Source: Bifidobacterium breve (lineage in GTDB: Bacteria > Actinomycetota > Actinomycetes > S36-B12). From it: a stretch of DNA of 42,159 nucleotides. Below the pieces are notes generated by a model, which did not search any database, was not told the DNA's origin, and worked only from the letters and a program-made list of their open reading frames with translations. Location: the NCBI GenBank assembly GCA_945861775.1, contig CAMAVT010000003.1, forward strand, positions 1 to 42,159. Direction: 5' to 3'. The position numbers and the translations under genes are program-made. Positions 27,493 through 35,959 of the stretch are shown here, one piece after another (position 1 is the first letter of the stretch; every line of letters starts with the position of its first letter).

Positions 27493-28797
27493 CTAATTGG
27501 TGATAACGCGGGGAAGAACAGCCTTACTCAGGTCGCCACCGTGAACCGCCTCGGCACCTTCATGCATGAGTCGGTTGATGGTCCGGTGAACGTATTGCAC
27601 GCCCGGTTCATTACGGCCAAAGATCTGGGTTTTACCGCCGGTTACGGCGACTCCTTTTTGAACCCCAAAGCCGGTGATGTAGTCCTCGTCGTAGGTGACG
27701 TCGTAGAACCAGTCGCGCATGACTGCAAGTTCATGCTGCTCGCGTTCATCATTTGTGATGGGTGTCCGAACCAAAATACGCTGCTCGGTGATTGACTCGG
27801 TCACCTTGGTTGTTGGCAATGGGAAAGCAACAGCCATCCGCTGACGCCATCCGCCAGCGATTGAGAAACCTGGGAACAGCCAGTTGATGGTTCCCACATT
27901 TGCAGTGGGATCCCACGTGTCTTCGGGGTCATCAAGGTGATTCTCAATTTCGCGCAACGCAAAGGCAACGCGCTCGTGCGCACCGTGGCCATCAAAGGTT
28001 GCGGTGTTGCTGAGATTTGTTTTGAAGACCGTGTCTTTGTGAAGCGCAGCGAAATGATAACCCTCTAGATAGCCTTCGATCGCAACTTTCCAGTTGGGAC
28101 CGGGCATCATGCGGGTAGAAAACAGATGACAATCGGCAAGTTTGAGGCTCTCCAAAATAGGAGCGAAGTCGCCGAGCCAAGAGTCGATATCAATTTCGAG
28201 TTCGGGGGTCAGGCACACAAAAATTACACCGTGTTTTTCAACACAGGGAAGTTTGATCATGTTGCGCTCGGACTTGTCAAAGTCACCGAAAGTACTCTCC
28301 CCGTAAAGCCCTTTAAGTTGACCGTCCATGCCATAACTCCAGTTGTGATAAGGACAGGTAAGCGCTCGCGAGGTTCCTAGACCAGCCGAACAAATCAATG
28401 CGCCGCGGTGGCGACATACGTTGAGCATTGCATGGACTTGACCCTGTGAATCCCGGGTAATAACAACAGGAACACCCACGACCTCGATAGCTTTGTGATC
28501 ATTCTTTTCTGGCAATTCACATGAGAGTGCCAGCGGAAGCGGGATCCGCTTGAAAATCAACTCGATCTCACTTGCGAAGAGTTCTTCATCCAGGTAATTC
28601 TCAACGGGCTCTTGGAAAGTGGCTTCGGCTTGATCGGTTGTCTTGTTCTTTGTGTGGGCAATCAGTCGAGCCATCATGGCCAACGCATCCTCGCGCGCTG
28701 CCCCATCAAGGATCTTGCTGGGGAGATAAGCGGGAGTGGAGCCTTGCGTCTCTACAACCTGCGTCTCAACAACTTCGGTCTCAATAATCTGGGTCAT
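27493..28797 (-). CDS. Rieske non-heme iron oxygenase alpha subunit (2)
   Basis: NVCRHRG...CPYHNW; NWK...EGYLEGYH...LH; DED ligand region; AAGGAG RBS. Confidence 0.92.
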   Translation of the reverse strand: MTQIIETEVVETQVVETQGSTPAYLPSKILDGAAREDALAMMARLIAHTKNKTTDQAEATFQEPVENYLDEELFASEIELIFKRIPLPLALSCELPEKNDHKAIEVVGVPVVITRDSQGQVHAMLNVCRHRGALICSAGLGTSRALTCPYHNWSYGMDGQLKGLYGESTFGDFDKSERNMIKLPCVEKHGVIFVCLTPELEIDIDSWLGDFAPILESLKLADCHLFSTRMMPGPNWKVAIEGYLEGYHFAALHKDTVFKTNLSNTATFDGHGAHERVAFALREIENHLDDPEDTWDPTANVGTINWLFPGFSIAGGWRQRMAVAFPLPTTKVTESITEQRILVRTPITNDEREQHELAVMRDWFYDVTYDEDYITGFGVQKGVAVTGGKTQIFGRNEPGVQYVHRTINRLMHEGAEAVHGGDLSKAVLPRVITN

Positions 28798-28824
28798 GGG
28801 GGCTCCTTAGCAGCGACTGAGGCG

Positions 28825-28847
28825 AGTGTATCAACTTGTCTAGACAA
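28825..28847 (-). promoter_or_regulatory. Promoter of Rieske gene 2 with a second TTGTCTAGACAA operator
   Basis: -10 TACACT at 28825-28830 and palindrome at 28836-28847. The 14 nt ACTTGTCTAGACAA are identical to the site at 25431. Confidence 0.75.
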
Positions 28848-28850
28848 ATA

Positions 28851-29456
28851 CTAGGGCTGATCCAAGTGCGATGTTTCATTGATGCTCACCAGCACAAAAC
28901 GGCCGTCGGGCCACACCTGAACCCGTGAAATGGAGGTATACCCCGGATTGAAAAAGAAGCGGCGAGGGCTTTCAAGCACTCCTGCCAGAAAACTATTTGA
29001 GGCGCCTCCATGACTAACAGCCACAATGCGCTCACCTTGATGCGCCAGACCTATATCGCGAACAACTTCCAACATGTTTGCCTGAAGTTCTTCATGGTTG
29101 TGCTCCGGCATAAAACCTTCCTCGAAGCGCCCTTCACGAAATGAACGCACGCGTTCGGGGTCGGGAAGATTCTCTATCCCCGCGTAGTGGGTTGCGCTGG
29201 ATTTCCATTCTTGAAGTCGCTCATCAATGACGACATCATGACCGAGAATCCGCGCAAGTGGGCCGGCCGTTTCAATGGCGCGCTTGAGCTGGCTTGAATA
29301 GATCGCGGTAATTCCTTTGTCCGCAAGATAGGCGCCAACAAGCTCCGCCTGTTCACGACCAGCTTCACCCAGTCCAGGATCCTTTGTGCCGTCTGGCTCC
29401 GGGAGTGCATGGCGAACAAGAAGTACTTCACATGATTCACTCATCAACGAGGGCAC
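28851..29456 (-). CDS. Histidine phosphatase (phosphoglycerate mutase superfamily)
   Basis: LVRHA, SS.L.RA.ETA, L.E, VSHGG, NETSHL. The start could instead be ATG 29444. Confidence 0.87.
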   Translation of the reverse strand: MPSLMSESCEVLLVRHALPEPDGTKDPGLGEAGREQAELVGAYLADKGITAIYSSQLKRAIETAGPLARILGHDVVIDERLQEWKSSATHYAGIENLPDPERVRSFREGRFEEGFMPEHNHEELQANMLEVVRDIGLAHQGERIVAVSHGGASNSFLAGVLESPRRFFFNPGYTSISRVQVWPDGRFVLVSINETSHLDQP

Positions 29457-29459
29457 TCA

Positions 29460-30923
29460 TCAAACAGTTGAACCGAAGTCACCAGATGTTGGGAAGTCAT
29501 CAGATGATGGAAATTGCAGACTGAGCATTTCGAAATACTCCATCAATCCATGGTGACCAAGTTCGCGACCGATGCCCGAGGTTTTGAATCCACCGAAAGG
29601 TGCATTGGCGTTGAACCGACCACCGTTGACAGCGACTTGGCCCGTACGCAACCGCTTAGCAACACTCACCGCGGTCGGAATATCAGCAGCAAACACGGCA
29701 CCAGAAAGCCCGAATTCACTGTCATTGGCGAATTCGATTCCTTGCTCAAGACCGTCGTAGCCAATAATCGCTAGTACCGGTCCAAAGATTTCTTCTTGGG
29801 CAATGCGCGCCTTCGGACTGAGGCGACTGAAAACCGTTGGCTTAATGAAATAACCCTTATCAAGACCATCGGGGTGGCCAGGACCGCCAGCAATTAACTT
29901 GCCCTCCGTCATGCCGATCTCAATGTAATCTGCAACGACCTTGTGCTGGCCCGCCGATGCAACCGGCCCCAAGTCAACCGCGGCGTCCAGCGGATTACCA
30001 ACAGTAAATGCATTTACGAGCGCCGCAACGCGCTCCTCAACTTCATCGATTATTTCATTGGGAACAATCAGACGAGTAGTGGCCGAACAGGTCTGCCCGT
30101 TATTGACGAAACAACCGCGAACCGCATTCGCGATAGCGACATCAAGATCGGCGCCTTCAACCAAAAGGAACGCAGATTTACCGCCAAGTTCCAGCGCAAC
30201 TTTTTTAACGGTGGGGGCTGCAGCCTGCGAAACGCGAACACCAGCACCGGTAGAACCAGTGATGCTCACCATGTCGACCTCGGGGTGGGAGGAAAGAATT
30301 TCACCGATGAGTGCGCCTGGACCAGAAACGAGGTTGAAGACACCCTTGGGCAGGCCGAGACCGTCAATGATTTCAGCGAGGATGAAGTTGGAAAGTGGCG
30401 CCACCGAGCTTGGTTTCACCACCACGGTGCAACCAGCAGCAAGTGCCGGGCCGACCTTTGCGGCGAGTTGATACAGCGGATAATTCCAAGGAGTAATTGC
30501 TCCGACAACGCCTACGGGAACCCGGATAACAATCGAATTGCCGATCCGCTCTTCGGCGGGTAACTCGCGAGCTGCCTGCGCAATCGTTTCAAACACCGAT
30601 GCTGCAAGACCCACTTGCACCCGGACCGAAATGGCCAGGGGCGTTCCCACTTCCTGGGACATGATTCGGGCTAGTTCATCTTCTCGCTCGCGTAGTCCCG
30701 CGGCTATTGCTGAAACAACATCGGCGCGCTCAGCGATCGGGACCTGCGACCAGCCGTCAAATGCGCGTCGGGCAGCCGCGATGGCGCGCTCAGCGTCATC
30801 AGCATTACCCGAAGGGACCGTCCCGATAACTTCACCGGTGGCAGCTTCAATCACCGTGATGGCTTCGCCTCCTAAGGGCGCCACCCACTCTCCATCGATG
30901 TATAGCGTGTTGCGCTCGATCAC
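29460..30923 (-). CDS. NAD-dependent aldehyde dehydrogenase
   Basis: ITPWNYP, TGST, ELGGKS, GQTC, EEIFGPV, PFGGFK.SG.GRE. GTG 30923 has a GGAGGA RBS. Confidence 0.93.
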   Translation of the reverse strand: MIERNTLYIDGEWVAPLGGEAITVIEAATGEVIGTVPSGNADDAERAIAAARRAFDGWSQVPIAERADVVSAIAAGLREREDELARIMSQEVGTPLAISVRVQVGLAASVFETIAQAARELPAEERIGNSIVIRVPVGVVGAITPWNYPLYQLAAKVGPALAAGCTVVVKPSSVAPLSNFILAEIIDGLGLPKGVFNLVSGPGALIGEILSSHPEVDMVSITGSTGAGVRVSQAAAPTVKKVALELGGKSAFLLVEGADLDVAIANAVRGCFVNNGQTCSATTRLIVPNEIIDEVEERVAALVNAFTVGNPLDAAVDLGPVASAGQHKVVADYIEIGMTEGKLIAGGPGHPDGLDKGYFIKPTVFSRLSPKARIAQEEIFGPVLAIIGYDGLEQGIEFANDSEFGLSGAVFAADIPTAVSVAKRLRTGQVAVNGGRFNANAPFGGFKTSGIGRELGHHGLMEYFEMLSLQFPSSDDFPTSGDFGSTV

Positions 30924-30979
30924 GGTTCCTCCATTGGCTTGCGTTTCGGGGTCTAGGTTTTTCAATTTTCCAGCATAGG

Positions 30980-31720
30980 TTATTCGAGGAGTTGGGCTCT
31001 CAAAGATTCAATGCTCTCATTGTGTACGTCGAGAGTAAGAACCCACTCATGTAGTCCACCATGCTCAACGAGAGTGCGGGACAAGAAGAGTTCCATGGCG
31101 CCTCGAGGTGAGCGCAGGAGATCATCAGTCTGGTTCATCATGGGATGGTTCTCAAAATCTTCACGGGTTCTCAACCAGCGGACAAGGGCAACAACTTCGT
31201 CACCGCTTAACGCAAAATCATCGGCGATGTCGTCGTCACTTACGCCCAGCAGCGATAACAAGACGGCAGCGACAAAGCCGGTACGGTCCTTGCCAGCCAT
31301 GCAGAAAAAGATTGCCGGGAATGCCTCCCCCTGTGCCAAATGCTCAACAATGTCTCGCATCGTGGTTGCACCCAGCTCGAGCATCACGTTATAAATGTCG
31401 GCAAGGTGTTCCGCCGGATCGGCATTAATTTCGCCTGGGGCTCGTTGCCACTGTTGCGGAAGAATCGGTGCATGGATAGGGCCATCAATAAAAGCTGGGA
31501 GGGGGAAAGCGTCAAGCTCACTTCGATAGCGCAGATCAAAAACCGTCGTAGCGCCGAATTCATTCCACGCCTGTTCATCGGTGAGTCGATGTAAACTGGA
31601 TGCGCGATAAAGCATTCCGGTACGCACCACGCGGCCATCTTGCGTCACCATGCCGCCTAGATCGCGGACGTTATAGACGCCACCAAGTTCCACACTTCGG
31701 TCAATTGTTTTGTCGATCAT
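30980..31720 (-). CDS. Cys-based phosphatase, PtpB/LipA (tyrosine phosphatase 3) family
   Basis: N.RDLGG, LYRAS, DLR...E, P-loop CMAGKDRTG, DDFALS. Confidence 0.87.
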   Translation of the reverse strand: MIDKTIDRSVELGGVYNVRDLGGMVTQDGRVVRTGMLYRASSLHRLTDEQAWNEFGATTVFDLRYRSELDAFPLPAFIDGPIHAPILPQQWQRAPGEINADPAEHLADIYNVMLELGATTMRDIVEHLAQGEAFPAIFFCMAGKDRTGFVAAVLLSLLGVSDDDIADDFALSGDEVVALVRWLRTREDFENHPMMNQTDDLLRSPRGAMELFLSRTLVEHGGLHEWVLTLDVHNESIESLRAQLLE

Positions 31721-32253
31721 CCGGGGAACCCCGGGAAAGCCCGCTCATAGTCCGGTAACTCAGCCACTCCAGCTGCGCGCCCCGGCCAGCGCTTGCGCTC
31801 TTGATCACCGAGACCGCCCGCAGCCAGATCCGAAAGCGGCATCGAATACAAGCTGAGTACGTGACGCTTGGCGAATCTCCATCTACCTTCATCACGACGG
31901 TAGACATCTTGATAACGAATTGATGTGGACAGGGTCAGGTCCGAGCTACCCAACTCCGCATAAGCGATAACAGTTCCGGTTGCGTGATTCTCGTCAACGA
32001 GGTCAACCACTATCCCGTGCGGGTCATGCCAGGTGGCCGTGAAAGGTGCATGTTTGATTTTAAAATTTTCGATGATGGCGGCGCGGCCGGAAGTCGTGCT
32101 GTTTGCAGAACCAAATACTGCGTCAAGAGTAAAGAGCTCACCAAGAGCATCCCACTGAGCGTCGTCGAGCAAAGTTGCATAAGAAACAACCAGGTCATTG
32201 ATGGCGAATCGATCTTCCAACCGCGAAATCCGCTGTTCTAATGTGTGCATCAC
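31717..32253 (-). CDS. SnoaL_4/NTF2-like protein
   Basis: LEDR.AI.DL...YA..LD...W....LFT.DA, T.H, RY.D.Y....GRW.F..R. TACGCT -10 at 32261-32266. Confidence 0.85.
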   Translation of the reverse strand: MMHTLEQRISRLEDRFAINDLVVSYATLLDDAQWDALGELFTLDAVFGSANSTTSGRAAIIENFKIKHAPFTATWHDPHGIVVDLVDENHATGTVIAYAELGSSDLTLSTSIRYQDVYRRDEGRWRFAKRHVLSLYSMPLSDLAAGGLGDQERKRWPGRAAGVAELPDYERAFPGFPG

Positions 32254-32356
32254 CTGCGTGAGCGTACTGCAGGCAACTTGCAGGAATTAATGGCCGCCAT
32301 TGACCCGAAGTGTCCCTGCGCACCCACTGCGCTATTCGCCCCGATAGCGTCTCGCC

Positions 32357-33085
32357 ATGGGTGAAGTTCCACTGTATGAGCGCGTGCGCCAGTCAATTGC
32401 GCAAACACTCACCGATGGCACACTCTCCCCCGGCGACAAACTTCCCAGTGAGGCACGGCTGGCCGAGGAATTCGGTGTCAACCGGCTTACCGTCCGGCGA
32501 GCAATTGAGGAACTTGCCCGAGCCGGCGCGGTGGAGTCTCGACAGGGTTCCGGCACATTTGTGAGCGCCAGGATTATCCGGCTTCCGCTATCCCAGCAAC
32601 TCTCCACGGACTCACTTGTTTCCCGGCTTACCAGCCAGATCGCCGAACAGGGTCTCACCTATGAAGACATCCTTCTGCGGGCCGTTAAATTGAAAAGCTC
32701 GCATCTGAATACGACCCTCGAACTGCCTTTGGGTCCGCTGTGGCGGGTAGACAATGCGTTGGTGGTTAATGGCGCTACCTGGATGTGGTCGAGTTCGTGG
32801 TTCCCTCGAGAACTGCTCACAGATCCCGCTGGAAACTGGGACCAGGTCACCGGCCTGTACGGCCAACTCAATGCAGCACTGGGTGAACCACGTCCGGTCT
32901 GGCGGGCAATCTCCGCGGACGCCGCAACCCTTGTTGACGCAGAGATCCTCGGCATTCGAGCCAGCTCGCCCGTGCTCGTGCGCGACGGTCTCACCGCGGG
33001 AGAAAACGGTGAGCCGATGCTTCGGGTATCGCGCCGGGCGCGCATGGACCGGGTGAGCTACGTACTGCGCTACGACCAGGATTGA
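32357..33085 (+). CDS. GntR family regulator, HutC/UTRA subfamily
   Basis: PLY....., PGDKLPSE..LA.EFGVNRLTVRRA..EL...G......G.GTFV, followed by a UTRA-like C-terminal domain. TAGCGT -10 at 32345-32350. Confidence 0.9.
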   Translation: MGEVPLYERVRQSIAQTLTDGTLSPGDKLPSEARLAEEFGVNRLTVRRAIEELARAGAVESRQGSGTFVSARIIRLPLSQQLSTDSLVSRLTSQIAEQGLTYEDILLRAVKLKSSHLNTTLELPLGPLWRVDNALVVNGATWMWSSSWFPRELLTDPAGNWDQVTGLYGQLNAALGEPRPVWRAISADAATLVDAEILGIRASSPVLVRDGLTAGENGEPMLRVSRRARMDRVSYVLRYDQD

Positions 33086-33100
33086 CCAAGATTGATCGAG

Positions 33101-34525
33101 TTATCGGGCCATCCACTCGTCTAAAATTTGGTGATAGTGCCGAATCCGATTCTCTTGGTACCGCGTAAGCCGCACGCCTGGTCCGCGCATTGACTTCAAA
33201 CCTTCTTGGATGAATGGCATGTTGGCCATATCTTGGTCAAAGACCGGTCCGAGTAATCCGATTTCCGTGATGTCAGAGAAAGTCTCCCCCGGCTTTAGCC
33301 AACGTGGCTCTGCGGGCTTGGGGTGTGAACCGTCAGCCGGCTTTTGTGCCAGTAAAAATACTTCCGCAAGGCACTTGTCCGGGTCGTTGCCGTGCGGGCG
33401 GAAACGGTACACGGCGTTGGTCCGGGGTCCGGCGAAAACATAGAAGTTGGGGAATACGAAGTACTGAATTCCATCTAAGAGTTCTGAATCTGTCCAATGA
33501 TCCTGTTCGCTGCCGAACTGTGCTGCAAGGGAGGTGCGCATTGCGGCGGCAAGTTCGCGACGGGCGGTTGAGTCCAAAGGAACACGTGGCGTGCCTTCAT
33601 CTCCCACAGCCAAGTCGCGACCTTTACCCTGCGTGTAAAAAGCGCGCGTTTCATAGTAGGAGTCCAGTACTTCTTGTTCACTGATGTGGTTTGCGATCGT
33701 TGGGCTGGGCACCCCCTGCGGCACAATCTGGCGACTCCAGTTCTCGCCTTTGATCACGTCGTACTGGGTGTTTTCATCGCCGAGCCATTCCATCATTTGT
33801 GGGTGCGTGGCCAACGAGTGGAAGCCTTCAATGAATGCTTCGCCCGCGACTTTCCAGTTGCAATCGATGACGCCACCGAAGTGCGAATACACGACCCGGT
33901 CTTCGTAATTCCAACGATCCCAGTCGTTGAGCATGGAACCCATGAAACTCTCAAGTGGTTCAGCATCAGGATCTTGGTTGATGAAAACAAAACCGTTCCA
34001 CACGGCAACCTTGGCTTCGGGCAACGGGAGGTTCGTGGGATCTATTTCTGGGAAGTCCCAAGCGCACGGGAGATTCTTGAGGGTGCCATCAATATTCCAA
34101 CTGAAGCCGTGGAATGGGCAGCGCAGTTCACTTACCCGCCCACCTTCTTGGCGCAGTGCCCGACCACGATGCAGGCATACGTTGTAGAGCGCCTTAATGC
34201 TGCCGTCGGGTTGGCGCATAATGATGAGTTTGTCGTCAACGATGTCGTAGGTGATGTGATCGCCAGCATTGGGGATGTGATCCTCGCGGCACACAAATTG
34301 CCATACCTTACGCCACACTTTGTCGACTTCACGATCATGGAATTCGCGAGAAATATACCGATCAATATCCATGGGGGCAGTCCCGAGATCCTCATTAATG
34401 TCGTATCTAAGTGCCGCCGGGACTGGACGTGAGTCTTCATCGAGATATGACTGAACACTGGTCCCCGGGGATCGCGGGCTTGGTGGCTCAGTTGATTCAC
34501 GCTGGGGAGATGCGAGTTCGGTCAT
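33101..34525 (-). CDS. Rieske non-heme iron oxygenase alpha subunit (3, long type)
   Basis: NVCLHRG...CPFHGF; NWKVA.EAFIEGFH...TH; DQD..NM; YQE.RIRH.H; AAGGAG RBS. Confidence 0.92.
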   Translation of the reverse strand: MTELASPQRESTEPPSPRSPGTSVQSYLDEDSRPVPAALRYDINEDLGTAPMDIDRYISREFHDREVDKVWRKVWQFVCREDHIPNAGDHITYDIVDDKLIIMRQPDGSIKALYNVCLHRGRALRQEGGRVSELRCPFHGFSWNIDGTLKNLPCAWDFPEIDPTNLPLPEAKVAVWNGFVFINQDPDAEPLESFMGSMLNDWDRWNYEDRVVYSHFGGVIDCNWKVAGEAFIEGFHSLATHPQMMEWLGDENTQYDVIKGENWSRQIVPQGVPSPTIANHISEQEVLDSYYETRAFYTQGKGRDLAVGDEGTPRVPLDSTARRELAAAMRTSLAAQFGSEQDHWTDSELLDGIQYFVFPNFYVFAGPRTNAVYRFRPHGNDPDKCLAEVFLLAQKPADGSHPKPAEPRWLKPGETFSDITEIGLLGPVFDQDMANMPFIQEGLKSMRGPGVRLTRYQENRIRHYHQILDEWMAR

Positions 34526-34557
34526 GGCTGATGGACTCCTTGTTTACGGGTATCAGA

Positions 34558-34586
34558 ATTATGTCCCCGATGTTATAGGACGTCAA
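34558..34586 (-). promoter_or_regulatory. Sigma70-type promoter of Rieske gene 3
   Basis: TTGACG (34581-34586) - 17 nt - CATAAT (34558-34563), overlapped by the imperfect inverted repeat ATGTCC-N11-GGACGT. Confidence 0.7.
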
Positions 34587-34605
34587 ATAAAGATGCTTAC
34601 CCAAC

Positions 34606-34644
34606 AAGGAAAGGGCCCGACCAAATTGGCCGGACCCTTTCCTT
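34606..34644 (-). terminator. Intrinsic terminator after the solute-binding protein gene
   Basis: Minus strand AAGGAAAGGGTCCGGCCA...TGGTCGGGCCCTTTCCTT; the two G.U pairs form only on the minus strand. Confidence 0.8.
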
Positions 34645-34663
34645 TACAGCGAGTGCTTGAGAC

Positions 34664-35767
34664 TTACTTTACGCCCCAAATCTTCTTGAACTGATTTACA
34701 TAGTCCTTGACGCCCAAGTAGTCACCCTCTGGAGTGAGGACCAACGACTTAGCATTTTGCTTGGTCAGGATCTGTGTTGGCAATTCGTTTGTGACGTATG
34801 GCATACCGATCGAGTTACGGGCCATGCTGTCCACGACACTCCAACCAACGATGGGGAGTGAGTAGCCGGTCCATGCTGATTCGGTGCCGTCCTTGAGTCC
34901 CTGGATATTTGCCTTACCAGCGGTCAAGCCACCGATTGCGATTGCAGGGTTGTTCAGAGCAGCAGAGACACCGGTGACCCAGCCACCGAGGTCGGAGACG
35001 AGCCAGTTGGTACCTGGGTTTGATGCAACAATGTTGACGGCTGCTTGGGGAACCTTACCCGCGAAGATGTCGGTCAACTGCTGATCATTTTCTTCGTATG
35101 TGCACTTGGTTGGGCACAGCTTCTTCAGGTTCTTAGCGTAAGAAACGTCGAAGCGACGAAGGATTGGGTACAAAGGAACCGTGATTCCCTGAGCCTTCAC
35201 GTTGCCCTTTGTTGCTGCAACGGAGTAGGCAGCGATCATCTGGCCCCAAAGGTCAATTGTCTTTGGACCGGCAATGTGGGTGTCCTCCAGTGCTGATGTT
35301 GGCTTGCTCATGCATGCAGAGCAGATAACGACAACACCCTGCTTCTCAGCCTTGGTCAGAAGATCTGACAAAGTTGATGGCTCAATACCGGAGATGTGGA
35401 TGTAGTTCGGGTTGAGTGACAGCGCCTGGCTGAAAAGTGAACGCTGGGTTTCAGGGCTGACTGCGCCAACGAGTTCTTTGTACTTCCAGCCGAGTGTCTT
35501 GGCAGCTGCACCAATGGCTTCATCGAGCACCTTGTTTTCATCGCCACCGTTTGAGAGGGCTACGACAAACTGACCCTTTGGTGGAACAGACTTCAAAGGT
35601 GTGGTGATCCCAATGCTTGTTGGGGTCTTGTTGTACTTAGCTACAATCGCGGCGGAAAGGGTGACACCCTTGTCCTGTGGATTTGCAGCAAAGGCTGCGG
35701 GTGCAATACCCGAAACCAAGAGGGCAGCGGATCCTATAAAAGCAACCGCTGTGGTTAGCTTGCGCAT
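34664..35767 (-). CDS. Sugar-type (PBP type 1) solute-binding protein, Lys-rich, with a signal peptide
   Basis: Signal peptide ...APAAFA; AA..LGW, CPTKC, GW...D..AR, LPTQ, C-terminal F..IWGVK. Confidence 0.72.
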   Translation of the reverse strand: MRKLTTAVAFIGSAALLVSGIAPAAFAANPQDKGVTLSAAIVAKYNKTPTSIGITTPLKSVPPKGQFVVALSNGGDENKVLDEAIGAAAKTLGWKYKELVGAVSPETQRSLFSQALSLNPNYIHISGIEPSTLSDLLTKAEKQGVVVICSACMSKPTSALEDTHIAGPKTIDLWGQMIAAYSVAATKGNVKAQGITVPLYPILRRFDVSYAKNLKKLCPTKCTYEENDQQLTDIFAGKVPQAAVNIVASNPGTNWLVSDLGGWVTGVSAALNNPAIAIGGLTAGKANIQGLKDGTESAWTGYSLPIVGWSVVDSMARNSIGMPYVTNELPTQILTKQNAKSLVLTPEGDYLGVKDYVNQFKKIWGVK

Positions 35768-35959
35768 TGACGCTCTCTTCCATTAGTGGGGGTTGAACAA
35801 CATTCGTCCGGAAGAATACCCACAAAATTCATTTATTGGTAGTCCATTATTCATTTCGTTATAATTGCGAGGATTTCCTAGTAAAAAACGGACATTTCAC
35901 CCCAACAAAGACCGTAGAAACCCGATCTTGACTCCGAAACCAAATTTTTGGTAAAGGAA

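Noticed and set aside
24237-34525. Classical aromatic ring-hydroxylating dioxygenase pathway (nah/bph/ben)
   Set aside because: No canonical beta subunit, Rieske ferredoxin or ring-cleavage dioxygenase in the window, and the bridging residue is Glu.
35768-35959. AT-rich intergenic region as a possible riboswitch or sRNA
   Set aside because: No convincing stem-loop or known motif found by eye; consistent with an ordinary promoter region.
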